Positions 33,501 through 46,539 of a DNA stretch of 64,000 nucleotides are shown piece after piece. Origin of the DNA: Basidiobolus meristosporus CBS 931.73. Its lineage: Eukaryota > Fungi > Basidiobolomycota. The notes under the pieces are model-generated. The model was not told where the DNA came from and made no database searches. It worked only from the letters and a program-made list of their open reading frames with translations. The stretch lies in assembly GCA_002104905.1 (NCBI GenBank), contig MCFE01000249.1, forward strand, positions 1 to 64,000, given 5' to 3'. Position 1 is the stretch's first letter. Every line of letters starts with the position of its first letter. A program made the translations under genes and the position numbers.

Positions 33501-36500
33501 ATGCTCTACCTCTGGGCTTTTATCTTCAGCGTTAAGGCTATCCGTATGCTGGGATTTCAGTGAAACAGCAAGCCTGGTTCCAGAAAGTACAAGTTGCTCG
33601 ATAAAATAATCACACAAACTATGATAGAATGTTTGTGATATCTTTTGGAATAAAGCTTCACAATTAATACTTCCTTGAGTCCACATCTCGACTTGCATCG
33701 TAAATAAGCCTTCTTTGGATCGGGTCGTGGAGTCATGAGAAAGATACTTAACAATGCCAGAATAGTCTAGCTCGTCACTAGAATCAGAGTAGCAAACTGG
33801 GATTTCATAGACAGGTTTTCCAAAAGGATCGAGAAGGGTCAATAGGACTCCGCCAACGCCTTGACCAACAAGTGTCTCTGTAGGATTCGGAGTTCGTGTC
33901 GGGAGACAATTGTAAAAAAAGGTCAACTCCCCTACCGGTAGTGGAGAGGTGGTTTCCCTATTGGAACCAATCAGTAAAATATACATTACAAGATACAGGT
34001 AAATACATACCTGCTCTCATTCTCCCTGTAGTCATCGGTGCTCATCTTGCCAAAATTACGGAAATAGTGCTTTTTGACAATATTTCTCACATCCGAGCCA
34101 CCGAGTGTTTTCAAGAATGTAAGCAAGTTTTGCTTCAAATACAGTAAAAACGCATAGGGGTTTTGCACGAGATTTGGAATATTAAACAGTCGAGAAAACG
34201 GTTGACGTTCAGTAGGCAGAATAAATTCCACATCCTAAGAAAAAATAATTTAAGAACGAACCCTACGAAAGCTGAAAATATCTGCTGAAACATACCGCCC
34301 TTGTTAACTTCAACGTAACGTTCCTAGCGAGGAAGGTGGATATGACAGGGAGAATAATGCTTCCAGTCAATTTTGATTCGACTAGTGCTGTCAACTCTTC
34401 GGTGATCCCACCACCAGGTGGATCTACTCCATACACCTCTAATATCAACTCTCGATTTTGCTCGGATGCACGTGTAGCCGATGTGCTTGAGAGGTTGGTA
34501 GATGATTTTCGTATGGCTGGTGAGGCAGGATATGATGATCTTGGCGTATCTTGCAAAGAGTTATGCTTCAACTCTGTATTATTATATGTGTAAATTGGTG
34601 AATCGTTGGGGTCGAGTCTGTGAAGCTGAGCAATCAAGTTGGCCGGGCTCCATAAATTAGTTCTAGGGTCGTCTGAATCGCCGTCATATTCGGAGATTAC
34701 GGTAACATCTACTTCTAACAATTTCATGTAAAATACCGAGTCGTTCTTAACAACCACAAAAAGGTTTTTCCTATTTGAAACGGAGAACGGATGAAGCACC
34801 ATAGCAGATATGGTGTTTAGTGCCTGATTTGGCTTTAGCCGCCAATGAAGTAGGAATGAACGTCTATACACAATCGGGCATTCAAACTCGCCGGGTTTGA
34901 AAATCTTCGATTTTCCGGCCCGACCTCTTGATTCCTTGAATTGTGCAATCGAAAATGCATCCATGAGCTCGGCGCCAGCTGGTTCGATTTCTTCTTCGGA
35001 GGAGGTGTTGGAAGACGAGTCATCATCGTCACTTTCAGAATCGGGGGATACTAGGTATTTGCTGAAAAATAACGAAGAGTTGAGCGTATGATCAAATTCA
35101 TGTATATGCCGCTTGAGCTTACCTGCAGATTCTTGTCTCGTTCAACCTGCGCAACAGGATTAAGCGATTGACACGTTTTGTCACTTTCGTGACACATTTT
35201 CGAGCATGCTGAATAATAGACGAGCGTTCTGTTCCTGTAATGGTCTTCGAATAAAAGCAGATCTGCAAATTAGAGGCCTGTGGTATCAAAAGAAGCCAGA
35301 ACATCTGCTTTCGGTCGTAGCTCAATTCATTCAAGGCGTCCATATCCTGGTCTTCAGATCCACCCATACTAATTCCTAGTCCTTGACAATTAGATCCTTC
35401 TGATTCATCCATATCTACAGAGGCACCTGGTCTTGGACTGCTCATCCCATTTTCCATCCGGGGGCTTGAGGATTCCAGATTGTTGTCAACTTCCTGGTCT
35501 TCCGTAACATAAAAACAGCTTTCAACTCTGTTTAGTCGATAAGGTAGCATGCTGGCATTGGCAAGCTCTTGGTAAAACATCTCCTTTCCGGATTTGTTTC
35601 TCACTAATAGTACCGGAATAGGGAAAGAGGTAGGAAAGTCTACGAAGGGATTCTTCGTCATTAGATATCCCTCTACTAATTTTAGTACGGGCTGTGTAAC
35701 AGGTCTCCAATAAAGTAACCCGTGAATGATTTCTTCTTTGATAAGCCATTCCAAGCGGTCCTTTGTCTCAGCTAGAGCATCCTGCTTATCTTGAGAAAGT
35801 GAGGCCAATTGCTTCCAATCTTCGGTTATTTGTTCCAACGGTGTTCTAGTAAGAAAGTAAGTAATGAAGGACATCAATTCTATCAGTTATGGGATATAAT
35901 TACCTGACGTTAGTGGACTCATTTTGCGATAATGGGCTCATATAGTGCATGTCTTCATAATCATCCACCTCGATTTTGGGAAGAGTCAAACAAACAATCT
36001 TCAAGGTAGCAGTCGTGCCATCTGCAGAAGCTAAGGGTGATGCTTCGGTGCCTATATCTACCGGGCTGAAGTCTATCACCTCTTCTTGATCAATGTACTC
36101 GTAAGAAGTGGGGAAATCAGATACAGGGACGCATACTTCCCCGTTCGCATAAGTGTCCTTCTTGGCAGGATTCGAGAAGACACATTCAATACGAATAAAT
36201 AGAGGGGTCTCTGAGCAATTCATGATGTTCGCTATGCAATCCTCGAATGTGTTGCTCATATTCTTTGGGCTTTTGTCTTGTCGTTCTTCCACTTTCGGAT
36301 TGAACAACGAGAAAGAGGCTTTCTTGAAGGATGGCCTGTAGTAGTACATATTACGAAGTTTGCCACTAGAGTCTTTGATGGGTTCAAAGAAATGGCCAAG
36401 GACGAGGTCAAATCTTTTTGAAATATCTCCGGGGAGTCTACGATTGATTAATATAGTCAACTTCAAATTTCACAATCAAGCAAATAACGCACTGAACCAA

Positions 36501-39500
36501 TATACCTCACACCGTCCGTCTGAATTTGTCGGGTCTGAACGTTCAAGTAATCCGTGATATCAATATTGATACTGGATCTATTACATAGAGATATTGCTTT
36601 ATCCAATTTCTCTGGAATAGAAGTATCGTTCTGCAATAGACTAGCATATGCCGATTTGATGAAGCTTGAAATGTACAGATTATTCAAGTTCCGAGAAAAC
36701 TTCAAAGCAGAGTCGGAAAGTCCTAAAGAGGGTGAATCAATAGGCTTCCCAGAAAATATCCTGATATGGTCTGTGTCGCGTATAGATTCCGGAATCAAAT
36801 CACTCTTCTTGCTTTCAAAGGAATCGATTGTGGCATTGTATTTGCCAATGTTTAGGAAGGAGTTCGAGATATTGGGTCGTATGCACTCCAATTGTACAAT
36901 TGGTAGGTATTCAAGATAGTCCTCCGTATTACCGTCGCTTTCGAGTGGCTTCTGCATTTCTCTCAGCAATACATGAAGGCTCGGAATACCTATCAACATG
37001 AACGATAAGGTATCCTGCAGCTTGACAAAGCAACGGTAACCAGAAATGTCCATCGCCAAATGATAGATCTCCTTATCAATATCTTCGAATTTGTGTGATA
37101 ATCTCTCTCGGATATGCTGGAAGAAGAGTCTTCCCTTGTTGGCTTCAGTACTTGAGCATACGATTTCTCCGTCTACGTGTTCAAATATCGACTTCTCCAT
37201 AAAATGATGGAATAACGCTAACCCGCGCTCGCGATGCGTAAGCTTTGCAAAGTCTTTCTCAACGAACCGCTCGTCTTGCCAGAATGCCGATTTCCGATAT
37301 TTGGCGGAATGTTTTTCGGTAGAAGATTGATCTGCATCAAGAAACGAAAGGATCGAATAGCCTTTAGGTGATGATTTGCTTCTTCCTCCAGCTACGTACT
37401 CGTTGTCACTCCATGACTTCTCATGCCTGTGGCTATCAGTATATGCTGGCAATAAAGTATCACCAAATAGCGCATCTAAAGCAAATGTATCACGATGCAT
37501 CTTTTTACAGAAAGGAACCTGGAATCCTGTGACCAAGAAAGGACTAAGCGGAAGCAGAGAGGCTACATCAAAGAAGGTAGGGACATATAGATCCCCAGTA
37601 GAACTCCTAATCTCGGAAACTATGCTAGCAGTCAAATCGGTCTGTCGTATGTCGATACTTTGGATTCGATCAAAAGTCACTAGTCTCGCTATGATACATT
37701 TGTCTGTTTGGAAGATGGTGTCTGATATGACTTTTGAATGGTCACCTATGTTTTCATCTTCACAAGGCTCGATCCATAGTTCGCTCGATACCTCTTGATT
37801 ATAATTATTAATATTTAGTACGTACTGCACTGCACATGTTCGTCTTAAAGCGCCAGAACTGGAAGGAAGCTCAATCTCTTTATAGAATGTGATTGAGCTG
37901 GCTTCCTTGGAGATTGGTAAGAAATCTTCAGTAATCCGCTTTTTACATAAATACTCGTAGGCCAATTGCTGAAGTGAAGGCTGCTCCTCATTTTCGTAAA
38001 GGAAATCATCTCGGGAAGACAGCCACATGCTATGGTAGGTTCTTAAATAGCATTTGGCAATCTTTTTTCTGAGATAATCGTATTCTTCCTCAACAATTTC
38101 CTTTTCCGACGGCAACGCTTTACCAGATGAAATATCATTCTCCAATTGCTCCAAGTCCTCCTTCTGTGTCCTCCCTGTAACCAGGAGCTCGTTCAGCGGC
38201 TTGTTGCAAATCAAGAATAGAGGAGTTGGGCTTCCACTTTCTCGTTCTCTTTCCTGCGACAACTGATTGATCTCCTCTATTGCCTGATAGAGATCACGTA
38301 AAAGTGCTCTCTTTCCCTGTAGATTCACGTTGAAGCAAGTGAGTTGTATGGTGATAACCCATCTATTGACTGGCTTCAAACGCAATTCGCAAAAGCTGGT
38401 TGACTGGTTGAATGATATATGCGGAGCTCGGATGGTCTTTATGTAAACGTTTTGGGCGACTTTGAACGACTTCCAGTTTGTCGTAATACAATGGTCCAGA
38501 TATTCGTATGCTTCTAGCAATTCGCCATCATAGGATGCTAAACTCTTTTCGGCGATCGTAATAAAAGACGGGAACCTTAATAATAAATGTACAGAGACTA
38601 CATCACAGCAATGCTTCCTGATGGCGTAGAGTTCGTTCGAGTCGAATGCATTCCAAAACTTTTTAAAGGACTCCTGATAATCTGGGTTATTTGATAGTGC
38701 GATAGACACATACGAAAGATCCTGCACGTGTGAGTAGTGGTTCCGATTCTCTTTTGGAAGCTTGAAAAGCGTATATTTCGTGTTGAAGGTGGCCAAGGAC
38801 TTGAGTATTTCGTCAGTTTCGAAAATAATCTTCAAGAATTTATGCAGAGTCAACGCTTTCTCTAGCAAGGGATTGCTTTTGTCGTCTCTGTACTGAGCAG
38901 TCTGCACATTTACAAAGTAAAATGCAAATGCAGTATAAGCCAAGATATTGATCTCAATCCTAGGGGATTTCAATCTGGAAGTGTGAGGTGTTTTCATGTC
39001 TGATCCCCAGAGTGCCTTGATTCTGTATTGAATTGTAACATTCGGAAGCCATGAAAGTGCCAAATTGATGTGAATTTTTTCGGATTTTCCATTGCGCCCA
39101 CCGGATAAGAGCACACTGTGGATCGAAAACCCTTGGCGAAGGCGCATTGTTAACAAATGACCCATATCAATGGATAACGGGTAGTCGCGATATCTTGTCA
39201 AAATAGCTTCGACCGCGGGGGAGTAACATTGAGGATCCCATGGAAATGGAGATATTGCCGTATATCCATAATTCAGATTGATTCCAGTATTTGTAAATCG
39301 TTCTCTTGGTAGATCACCCACCCTTTCACGGCCACCGTTGATAGCATTGAATCGATTTTCATTTCGGCCCCTGGAAAAGCAGGTTTCTTTGAATAGCAAA
39401 TGTCGATGATAAAAGTTGGGTGCGTGGTGACTGCTTGAGGCGTGTGTACTCCGAGAGTTGATATCTTCACAATCTGCGGCATACAGAAACTTCCCAGAAG

Positions 39501-40793
39501 TAGCAACAGCGATATAACGTAGAATCTCGTTATCGGGCACAAATCCGAATGCACATCCAGGATCAAAACCTCTGTCAGAGCCCACTTGAATAACGACCAC
39601 GGGTGAATTGGCGCTAGCGGATTTACGCAAGATATCTCTAGTATAATCATCAATACTGGAATTTATCACTCCGTCGGTAATAATCACAAGAGATGGCGCA
39701 AACTCTCTAGGGAGCAATCCAAGCCCAAACAAACCTGCCTGAAGACTATATGAGATGTGACCGTTGTTTGGACCATGTAGCGATAAAACACTCTCGGTTA
39801 TATGCGCGCTGTTACTGAACTCTACTGCGCCTGATTCGTGACCTTTTTGTCGAGAATTTCTCTTTTCACTGGCATATACATCGCTATTTTGCATTCGATG
39901 CCGAAGGACTATGAGCTCTTCCTGCAATTTGTCGAATTCATAGCGTAACTTCTCGGCAATGGCGCCGATATTCTGTCGAGTAACTGCTAAGCCTTGCACC
40001 AGAACTCTCATAGAGGGGAAATTCTTCAACACATTTGACTCAAATTGATTCTCGGTGAAATGAGTGCATTCAGCGATAACGCTTATGAGAATTTCTGGCT
40101 TCACCTAGATAGCATCAAAGTTATTTCTCAGTCTGTAGGAAGATAGAGAATGTTTAGATAGCTACTTCAATGGACTCTTCGGCACCATTTGACTTGAAAG
40201 CGAAAGGGCAAGATATTCCTTCAATGGAGCGGCAAAGCCTGCAAGAAAGAAAGGAGTTTAAACACCCTGTCACCTGAAAAAATGACGCACTTATATTTAC
40301 GTTTCATATATCTGGTCCAACAGGATGTGAGATCGGTAGGGATTGAGATTCGCGACTGAACCGCTAATGTCCACAACAAATACAAGGCGATGCTTGGTAG
40401 AAACCGTGCATATCTTTGTATGAGGGGTAAGTTTATATAAGGGACCAGTAGTCGGTTCGGGGGCTGCGATGGTTTTTGTTCTTGCGGTGGCCTTGTACGG
40501 TTCAGATCGGAAGTTATCTCCAGGACTTGAACATTCTCATCCTACCAAATTATCAGCGCCAGTTGAAACAGATGCACGAGGTATGTGGGAAATACCTGCA
40601 ATTCTTCGAGGTTTAGAGGTCTGAAAAGGCGAGATAAAAGCCATTGTTCGTGCTCGTTTCTATTAAACAGCAGCGGCTCTTTCAAGAGTAAAGTCAAACT
40701 CTTGACTTCTACACTCTACAGTTATACAAGTTACCAAATGAAACAAAGCAACCGGGGAAAGGATCACAATAGTTTACATACTTCTAAATCCAT
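30584..40793 (-). CDS. SZT2: SZT2-like KICSTOR scaffold, very large multi-exon gene (about 3000 aa or more)
   Basis: N-terminal exons (RLVFVVDISGS, SLVIITDGV, VIQVGS..FGFVPDNEILRYIAVATSGKF, YREY-like TRYRDY, MRLRQGFS) and C-terminal LLHFCRTPLLF and VNSFVHDFHL resemble animal SZT2; size and exon chain are consistent. Confidence 0.85.
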
Positions 40794-41186
40794 GTAATTA
40801 TTACCAAAATTGTTGAGAATCCAAGTACATGTGCTCAATAAGCCTTTATCAGTGTTTGGTAGAGAATAATGCAAGTCGAGCGGACGAATTCTTCGGCACT
40901 AAATTGGCGAATATGTAGACTTCCCAAATTGAGTGGACTATTTTGTATGATCGAATGCACTGCTGATAAGACCAGTCAAATGGCCGCCAAAATAATAAGA
41001 TCCTAAACATGAATATATGCAAACAACGAAGATAAACCGAGCGTGAAAATTGATGGATATATGCATTGCAGATAGCTAAACATTCACCAGGGCTCTCGGG
41101 ATGAAATAAAGCAGTTTATTTACATTGGGAATAGTGAAAGTCAAATGAGAGTGTGTTCAATGCGGAGAATGGTCAGTATGTAGGAA

Positions 41187-43744
41187 TCATGATTTCATAT
41201 GGAACTCAAGCCAGCACCCGTCTGCTCTGCGACCCCTGACATAATTAGCGTGTGGTGTGAGTTCCAAATCCATTATAACCGGACTAGAGTCAAAAGGATG
41301 AGCTACCATGCACAAGAAAAAGACACAATACGAGCCTTACTCTGATATCTCAGCAAGGATATTTTCCAACATTATATCGCATCGTAGCTCCTCTAGTGGA
41401 AGATCGCGCTCACATATAGGGCATTCCAACGTGGCTTTGATTGCATTAACATGCAAATAGGCAGTCATATCAAAGCACTAGGTGTTGGGGTAATTTAGAT
41501 AATGCTGTAGAAAGAAAAGCCTCAAGATCAAATTACCGAAAGATGTTTGCAGTGGATTCCACGGACAGGTGTACGGATTCTCTGATGGCTGATTGGGCAG
41601 CGTAGACTAATCCAAATCGAAGGCTGGGATATGGTAATAATGTTGTCGTCACTCTCAGCAGACGAGGAAGCAGCGACTTGGTCTTGCATAATCTGGGGCT
41701 TTGCTGCTAGTTGATGAACTAAAATAAGAGAGTTAGCAACTCTTCCACTTGTTTGTAGCCTTATGAGGACAAATACCTAGCTCTTTCCCTTGCTCGGCCT
41801 TTATACATCTGTTTCTTATGTCGTTTTCCAAGTGACTGATCGGCCGGTAAGCATTGATCTTGACAGCCAACTTGATACTCTGCTTGAGAGTGGTTAGTGC
41901 ATATCAAGTACAGAATGAATAACCAAGGGCCAAACCTTTGCATTGTCCTGATACCCGTCCACTAGGCTGACCTCGAGCTTGTTTTTTTTCAAGCAATAGC
42001 TCGAAATATCAGCATAATATCGCTCGCGCTTCTCAGCCAGGCTCGTCTCGATTGGTATCGGGGAGCCATTCACCGTAACTTCCATCTCAGGCCATAATGT
42101 ATCCATGTTTTTCTTCGAGAATACTAGGAACACGCTCATAGGTTCGGTCGGCTGCTCGGATTTTGGCACCCTGTTCAGGCAGAGCTTTTAATTTAGGACA
42201 ACTGGTGAGGATATACGAACTTTCGAATTACCTTGGCAGTGAGTTGAATTCGACATCCGATAGATCGAAGCACGCAGGACCTGAATTGCCCAAGGTAAAG
42301 AATGGCACCAGAAACCTCTGGAGGATTGGTAGACACTTCTCGGGCTCGGTACACTCCATTAACTGAGTGCTTTCTTCCTTGATCCCAACTAAGGGAGTTT
42401 CGTTTTGTAGGCAAGACATCATTTCAAGTTCGGAATCGGTAAACGAAGCCTCAGTTTTAATAGCTGTATCCACTTCATCCAATGATTCAACGGCTCCGCC
42501 TATTCTTCGGAGCATTTCACCGGTGTCACCAATGAACAAAGGTGGCAATAAACAGGATGGTGGGCTGCTCATAAGAGGTCTTGGAATGACGCTTATAGTT
42601 GGTGGTGAAAAGTGCGGAGTATGCACAATTTGGCTTATCATCGAGCTTGTCTCGTCATTGGTTAACCAGTCATTCTCGATAGCAGGCAGGATTGGAGGTG
42701 GGTCTATAGGGTTATTCGAGAGTTCGCACATAGTTGTATACATGCGAGTCACAATCTCTAGAGGTTGCTGGGTTAGTTCAGTTGAAAGTAACCATCGCTG
42801 GGCCCTTGCGAGTCCTACCTCTACGTCGTGGCTGGATGAGGGGCAAATGTTGATATACAACCCTTAGCACCTGCCAACCGTAATTCACGTTGTAGCCTAG
42901 CTTTCTGCTTCTACGAACGATAATCTGTTTAACGTAAAGAGTATGTTAGCATAAAGATGTAGATTGATGACGCGCCTGGTTGGAAGGTATGGTTTACTTT
43001 TAAACAATGAATAAGGGTTTTTTCCGTATGTAGGCAATACGCTGAATCAGACTGGCACCACGTATAGAGATTCATACACGCGTGGAGGTAAGTGCGGGAT
43101 CTGTTCAACTTCTGAGCCAGACCTTTCAGGCGATTATTGATCCCAAGAATAGTAGTGTTATCATACTGCCTTCGTAAGGCAGACATGTCGATGCGGCCGG
43201 GTGGTGCCATTTCTCTCTGGTCTACGTTCAGTTCAACAATTCTTGGTGCTGAGGAGCGATGTTCAAGTGGAAACCTGTCGTTTTCATACGGTTGGATTTC
43301 TTGAGAGTGTCTACGAAGGTTCTTCTGGTCTTCAGGAACCTCCATGTAAGGAGAGTCTGGAAAAAACTCTGGTTCATTAATAAGCCAAGCTTGTGTATTT
43401 CTAGACTCTGGGTATTGAGAGGAAAATCTGTTCGAAGCTTGTTGCACTCGAGAGGAATAACTTCCATAAGGATGTGAGCGAATCATGGTAGAGCTTTGCC
43501 TAGGAGAGCTCTGTCGGAAACCACGGTGCGTCCTACGTTGGTTTGTCGGAGGCTCATAGTACTGGTAACTACCAGCATTAGAAGATAAACTAGGAAGTGG
43601 ATGTCGCTGCCGATTGGTTCTAGGTTGAACTTGTGGCAAAGTGGGGGGAAAAGAAATAGGATATTGAGGCAGATCATTGTCAGACTCATCCTCTTCGGGG
43701 GACCAGTATCCCTCCGAAGGCCTACCATAAGCTTCAAAGTGCAT
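41187..43744 (-). CDS. SP-RING/MIZ zinc-finger protein (SUMO E3 ligase-like or ZMIZ-like), multi-exon; start uncertain
   Basis: Spliced C-terminus SLRCPISHQRIRTPVRGIHCKHL..CFD..LECPICERDL..DIMLENIL..ADGCW; low-complexity N-terminus. Confidence 0.8.
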
Positions 43745-44053
43745 CCAACGAAAGTAGCTAAAACAAAGTAACCAGTGTGTAACAATCTGGGCCTTATATT
43801 AATAGTAGACTCCAAGTCGATATTTGCATGATTCCAAGAGAAGACAGTAATATAGGAGTAGTGAATATTCTGGTCAATACATATTTATTATGGCAATGAT
43901 GATGCACATTGCCGAAATCCACCGACAGTCACAGATACAATAGTCTCAGGTAAGGCAAATTGGAGTAATTTGATACGAGCTCCAGAATGCATATCAGTGC
44001 TAAATCAAATGTCCTTGATTACTTCCCAGATACAGCGAACAATACACGCGTTG

Positions 44054-45117
44054 CTATTTAGCAAGCTTACGAAAAAGGTAGAGAGGGCGAGAGAACCCTA
44101 GTGCAGGCGTGGTTAGCATCTCCCATTTGATTCAGTGGTGGGGCAATCCTACCCTTCGAGTCGGTTTCAGGGACCCCTAACAATTCGCAGTGTTGAAATC
44201 CAATGGTGTGGGTCAAATAAACCTCGAATTGTTCCGGCCTGAGCTGAATCCGCTTGTAATTTTCCCAAATCTCCTGCATCAATCGGTGTGAGCAGCCAAG
44301 CACTGAAAAAGAAAGATATAGCAAGTGCACTCACCGGGGTCAGATGGCTTCTCCGATAATATGAGCTCCATGGCTGTGGCTCCAGAATGAATACCCCATC
44401 ATCACTGAGTGAATCATGGATTTTTTGGAACAGTTGTTTGATTCCCCCGTCGCCTTGATTCAGATGAATCCATTTGGTGACACTAAGGCTACAAAGAGCT
44501 TAGTGCAAGTTTTTACTCGACTGTTTGGACCTGTCCCAATTACCATAATATGACATCGTATTTTGAAACACATTCTTCATCGTCCTGCACCCAATTGCAA
44601 GCACGAAACTGGATGTTATGGGGAAGTGGCGGATTGTCGTGAGATACGCCATCTTGGTTGAGAAGTCTGGCTTGATGTTTGAGGTGTGCCCAACTCTTCG
44701 TAATCAGAGTTTCGTCTATGTCAACTCCAATGATTTCTTTGGGGCGATGTCGCAGTGCTAACGATGCAAGCAGTTAAACTAGCGTCGCAAACAGCCTAAC
44801 CTTGAGTGTTGGACTTTACCAAGCTCCACCGCTACGTAGCCAGCATTGCAACCAATGTCGAGTACAACCTTCCCTTCAACCCACTTCTGTATCAACTCTA
44901 GTCTTGGATCTTTTCTTTTATTCCGATACCCATAGTACTGAGGATAGTTTCCAAAGATGTACTTGGTTGCTTTCTCCTTCTTTTTCTCTTTGGCTCCCTG
45001 GCTGTGAAACGCAGCTTTTGAGCCCAACAGCTTTTTTCTAGGCCGGTTTAAATCGAGTCGGGGCCTTTTTTTCGATTGCACACAAGCTGTGTGCTGGAGG
45101 TATGGGTTGGTTGACAT
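44054..45117 (-). CDS. Bin3/MEPCE-family RNA methylphosphate capping methyltransferase (5 exons)
   Basis: [71 protein letters not shown]. Confidence 0.9.
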
Positions 45118-45348
45118 GTGTAGTGGTACAATGCTAGCACGGACAACACCTGCAGTTTATACTGCTCGTAGCAGTCCAGGGATATCGGAAAACATGTGGC
45201 GGCAATTCGTCTATCTTTCGGATAAATAGCGATTTTTTTCCGAGTCGCTTGAGTGATTGGATTTGTTTATTATTTCAAAGGCTGGATAAATGCTGGTTTG
45301 CTGGTTTTTCCTTAGCACATCTCATTTCTGCTTGCCTCTATTGAACTC

Positions 45349-46296
45349 ATGATAAAGTGCTCGGGAAAACCTTTAGTAGCAGTGCTTTTGCTAGTCTGCT
45401 TTGTCACCTACACCTACGGCTCCTATGGTGATAGACAACCTGTTTTCAACGATTGCGTGAGCAACTGCGAAAGGAGTGTATGTGCCAGCAACCCGGTGTT
45501 ACCTCTATCCTTACGCCTCACCTTGTGGAGCTGTGTGGATAATTGCAAATACGATTGTATGCGACAGATTACCGAGAAAGCAACAGAAACAGGGGAGCCG
45601 ATTGTCCAATACTACGGCAAGTGGCCTTTCTTACGACTATTTGGCATGCAAGAGCCGGCTAGTGTTCTATTTAGCGTGCTCAACGGTTGGGGCCATTGGT
45701 ACCACTGGAAAGTCATCAAAACTCGTATACCGAACACTTATTTCCTGAAGCCATTCTATTATGGTTACGCAATTGTGGGTATGAACGCTTGGCTGTGGTC
45801 TAGCGTTTTCCATACTCGTGATACCCCCCTTACGGAGAAGCTAGATTACTTCTCTGCTGCACTAACCATACTCTATGGATTGTTCGTTGCAGTGCTGAGG
45901 GCATCTCACACTACCAACAGAAAGAAGCAGGTTTTCATTGGCATTCTTCACTTGATCCCCTTCGTGTTACACGTTAGCTACCTAAGCTTCTACAAGTTTG
46001 ACTATGGTTATAATATGAAAGCTAGTGTCGGTATAGGTATGCTTCACAACGTTGCTTGGACGATTACCGCCATTAGAAGCACTGGCCATCCTTACCGCTG
46101 GAGACCTATTGCGAGTGCCATCATCTTGACCATGGCGATGTCACTTGAACTATTCGATTTCCCACCCATCTTCGAGGCCCTGGACGCACATTCTTTATGG
46201 CACGCCGCAACTGTTCCAATACTGTTTTACTGGTACACTTACCTTATCGAGGATGCCCGTTGGGACTCGACCAAGATGCGGCCGAAAAAGAACTAG
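45349..46296 (+). CDS. PER1: Per1/PGAP3 GPI-anchor remodelling phospholipase
   Basis: SYGDRQPVF, LWSCVDNCKYDCM, QYYGKWPFLRLFGMQEPASVLFS, WLWSSVFHTRD, LELFDFPP..DAHSLWH. Confidence 0.95.
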   Translation: MIKCSGKPLVAVLLLVCFVTYTYGSYGDRQPVFNDCVSNCERSVCASNPVLPLSLRLTLWSCVDNCKYDCMRQITEKATETGEPIVQYYGKWPFLRLFGMQEPASVLFSVLNGWGHWYHWKVIKTRIPNTYFLKPFYYGYAIVGMNAWLWSSVFHTRDTPLTEKLDYFSAALTILYGLFVAVLRASHTTNRKKQVFIGILHLIPFVLHVSYLSFYKFDYGYNMKASVGIGMLHNVAWTITAIRSTGHPYRWRPIASAIILTMAMSLELFDFPPIFEALDAHSLWHAATVPILFYWYTYLIEDARWDSTKMRPKKN

Positions 46297-46539
46297 ACAC
46301 GTGGTGGAATTTTGGAAGATCTCTATTAAATTTCTGCTCATTAAACAATGCAGTGCTAATGCAATCTTAGAGTGACAATAGCAATCTCCAATGAATGTAG
46401 TTTATCTTGTTTTGTGGGATTCGGGAAGAAATGAAAGGAAGTGATGGTTGTCACTTGAAAGGTTAATGTACATTAATGGTTTGTCGTTATATATACGAAG
46501 GAGTGGCACAGAAAGATTAACCAGAAAATAAAGATTGCT

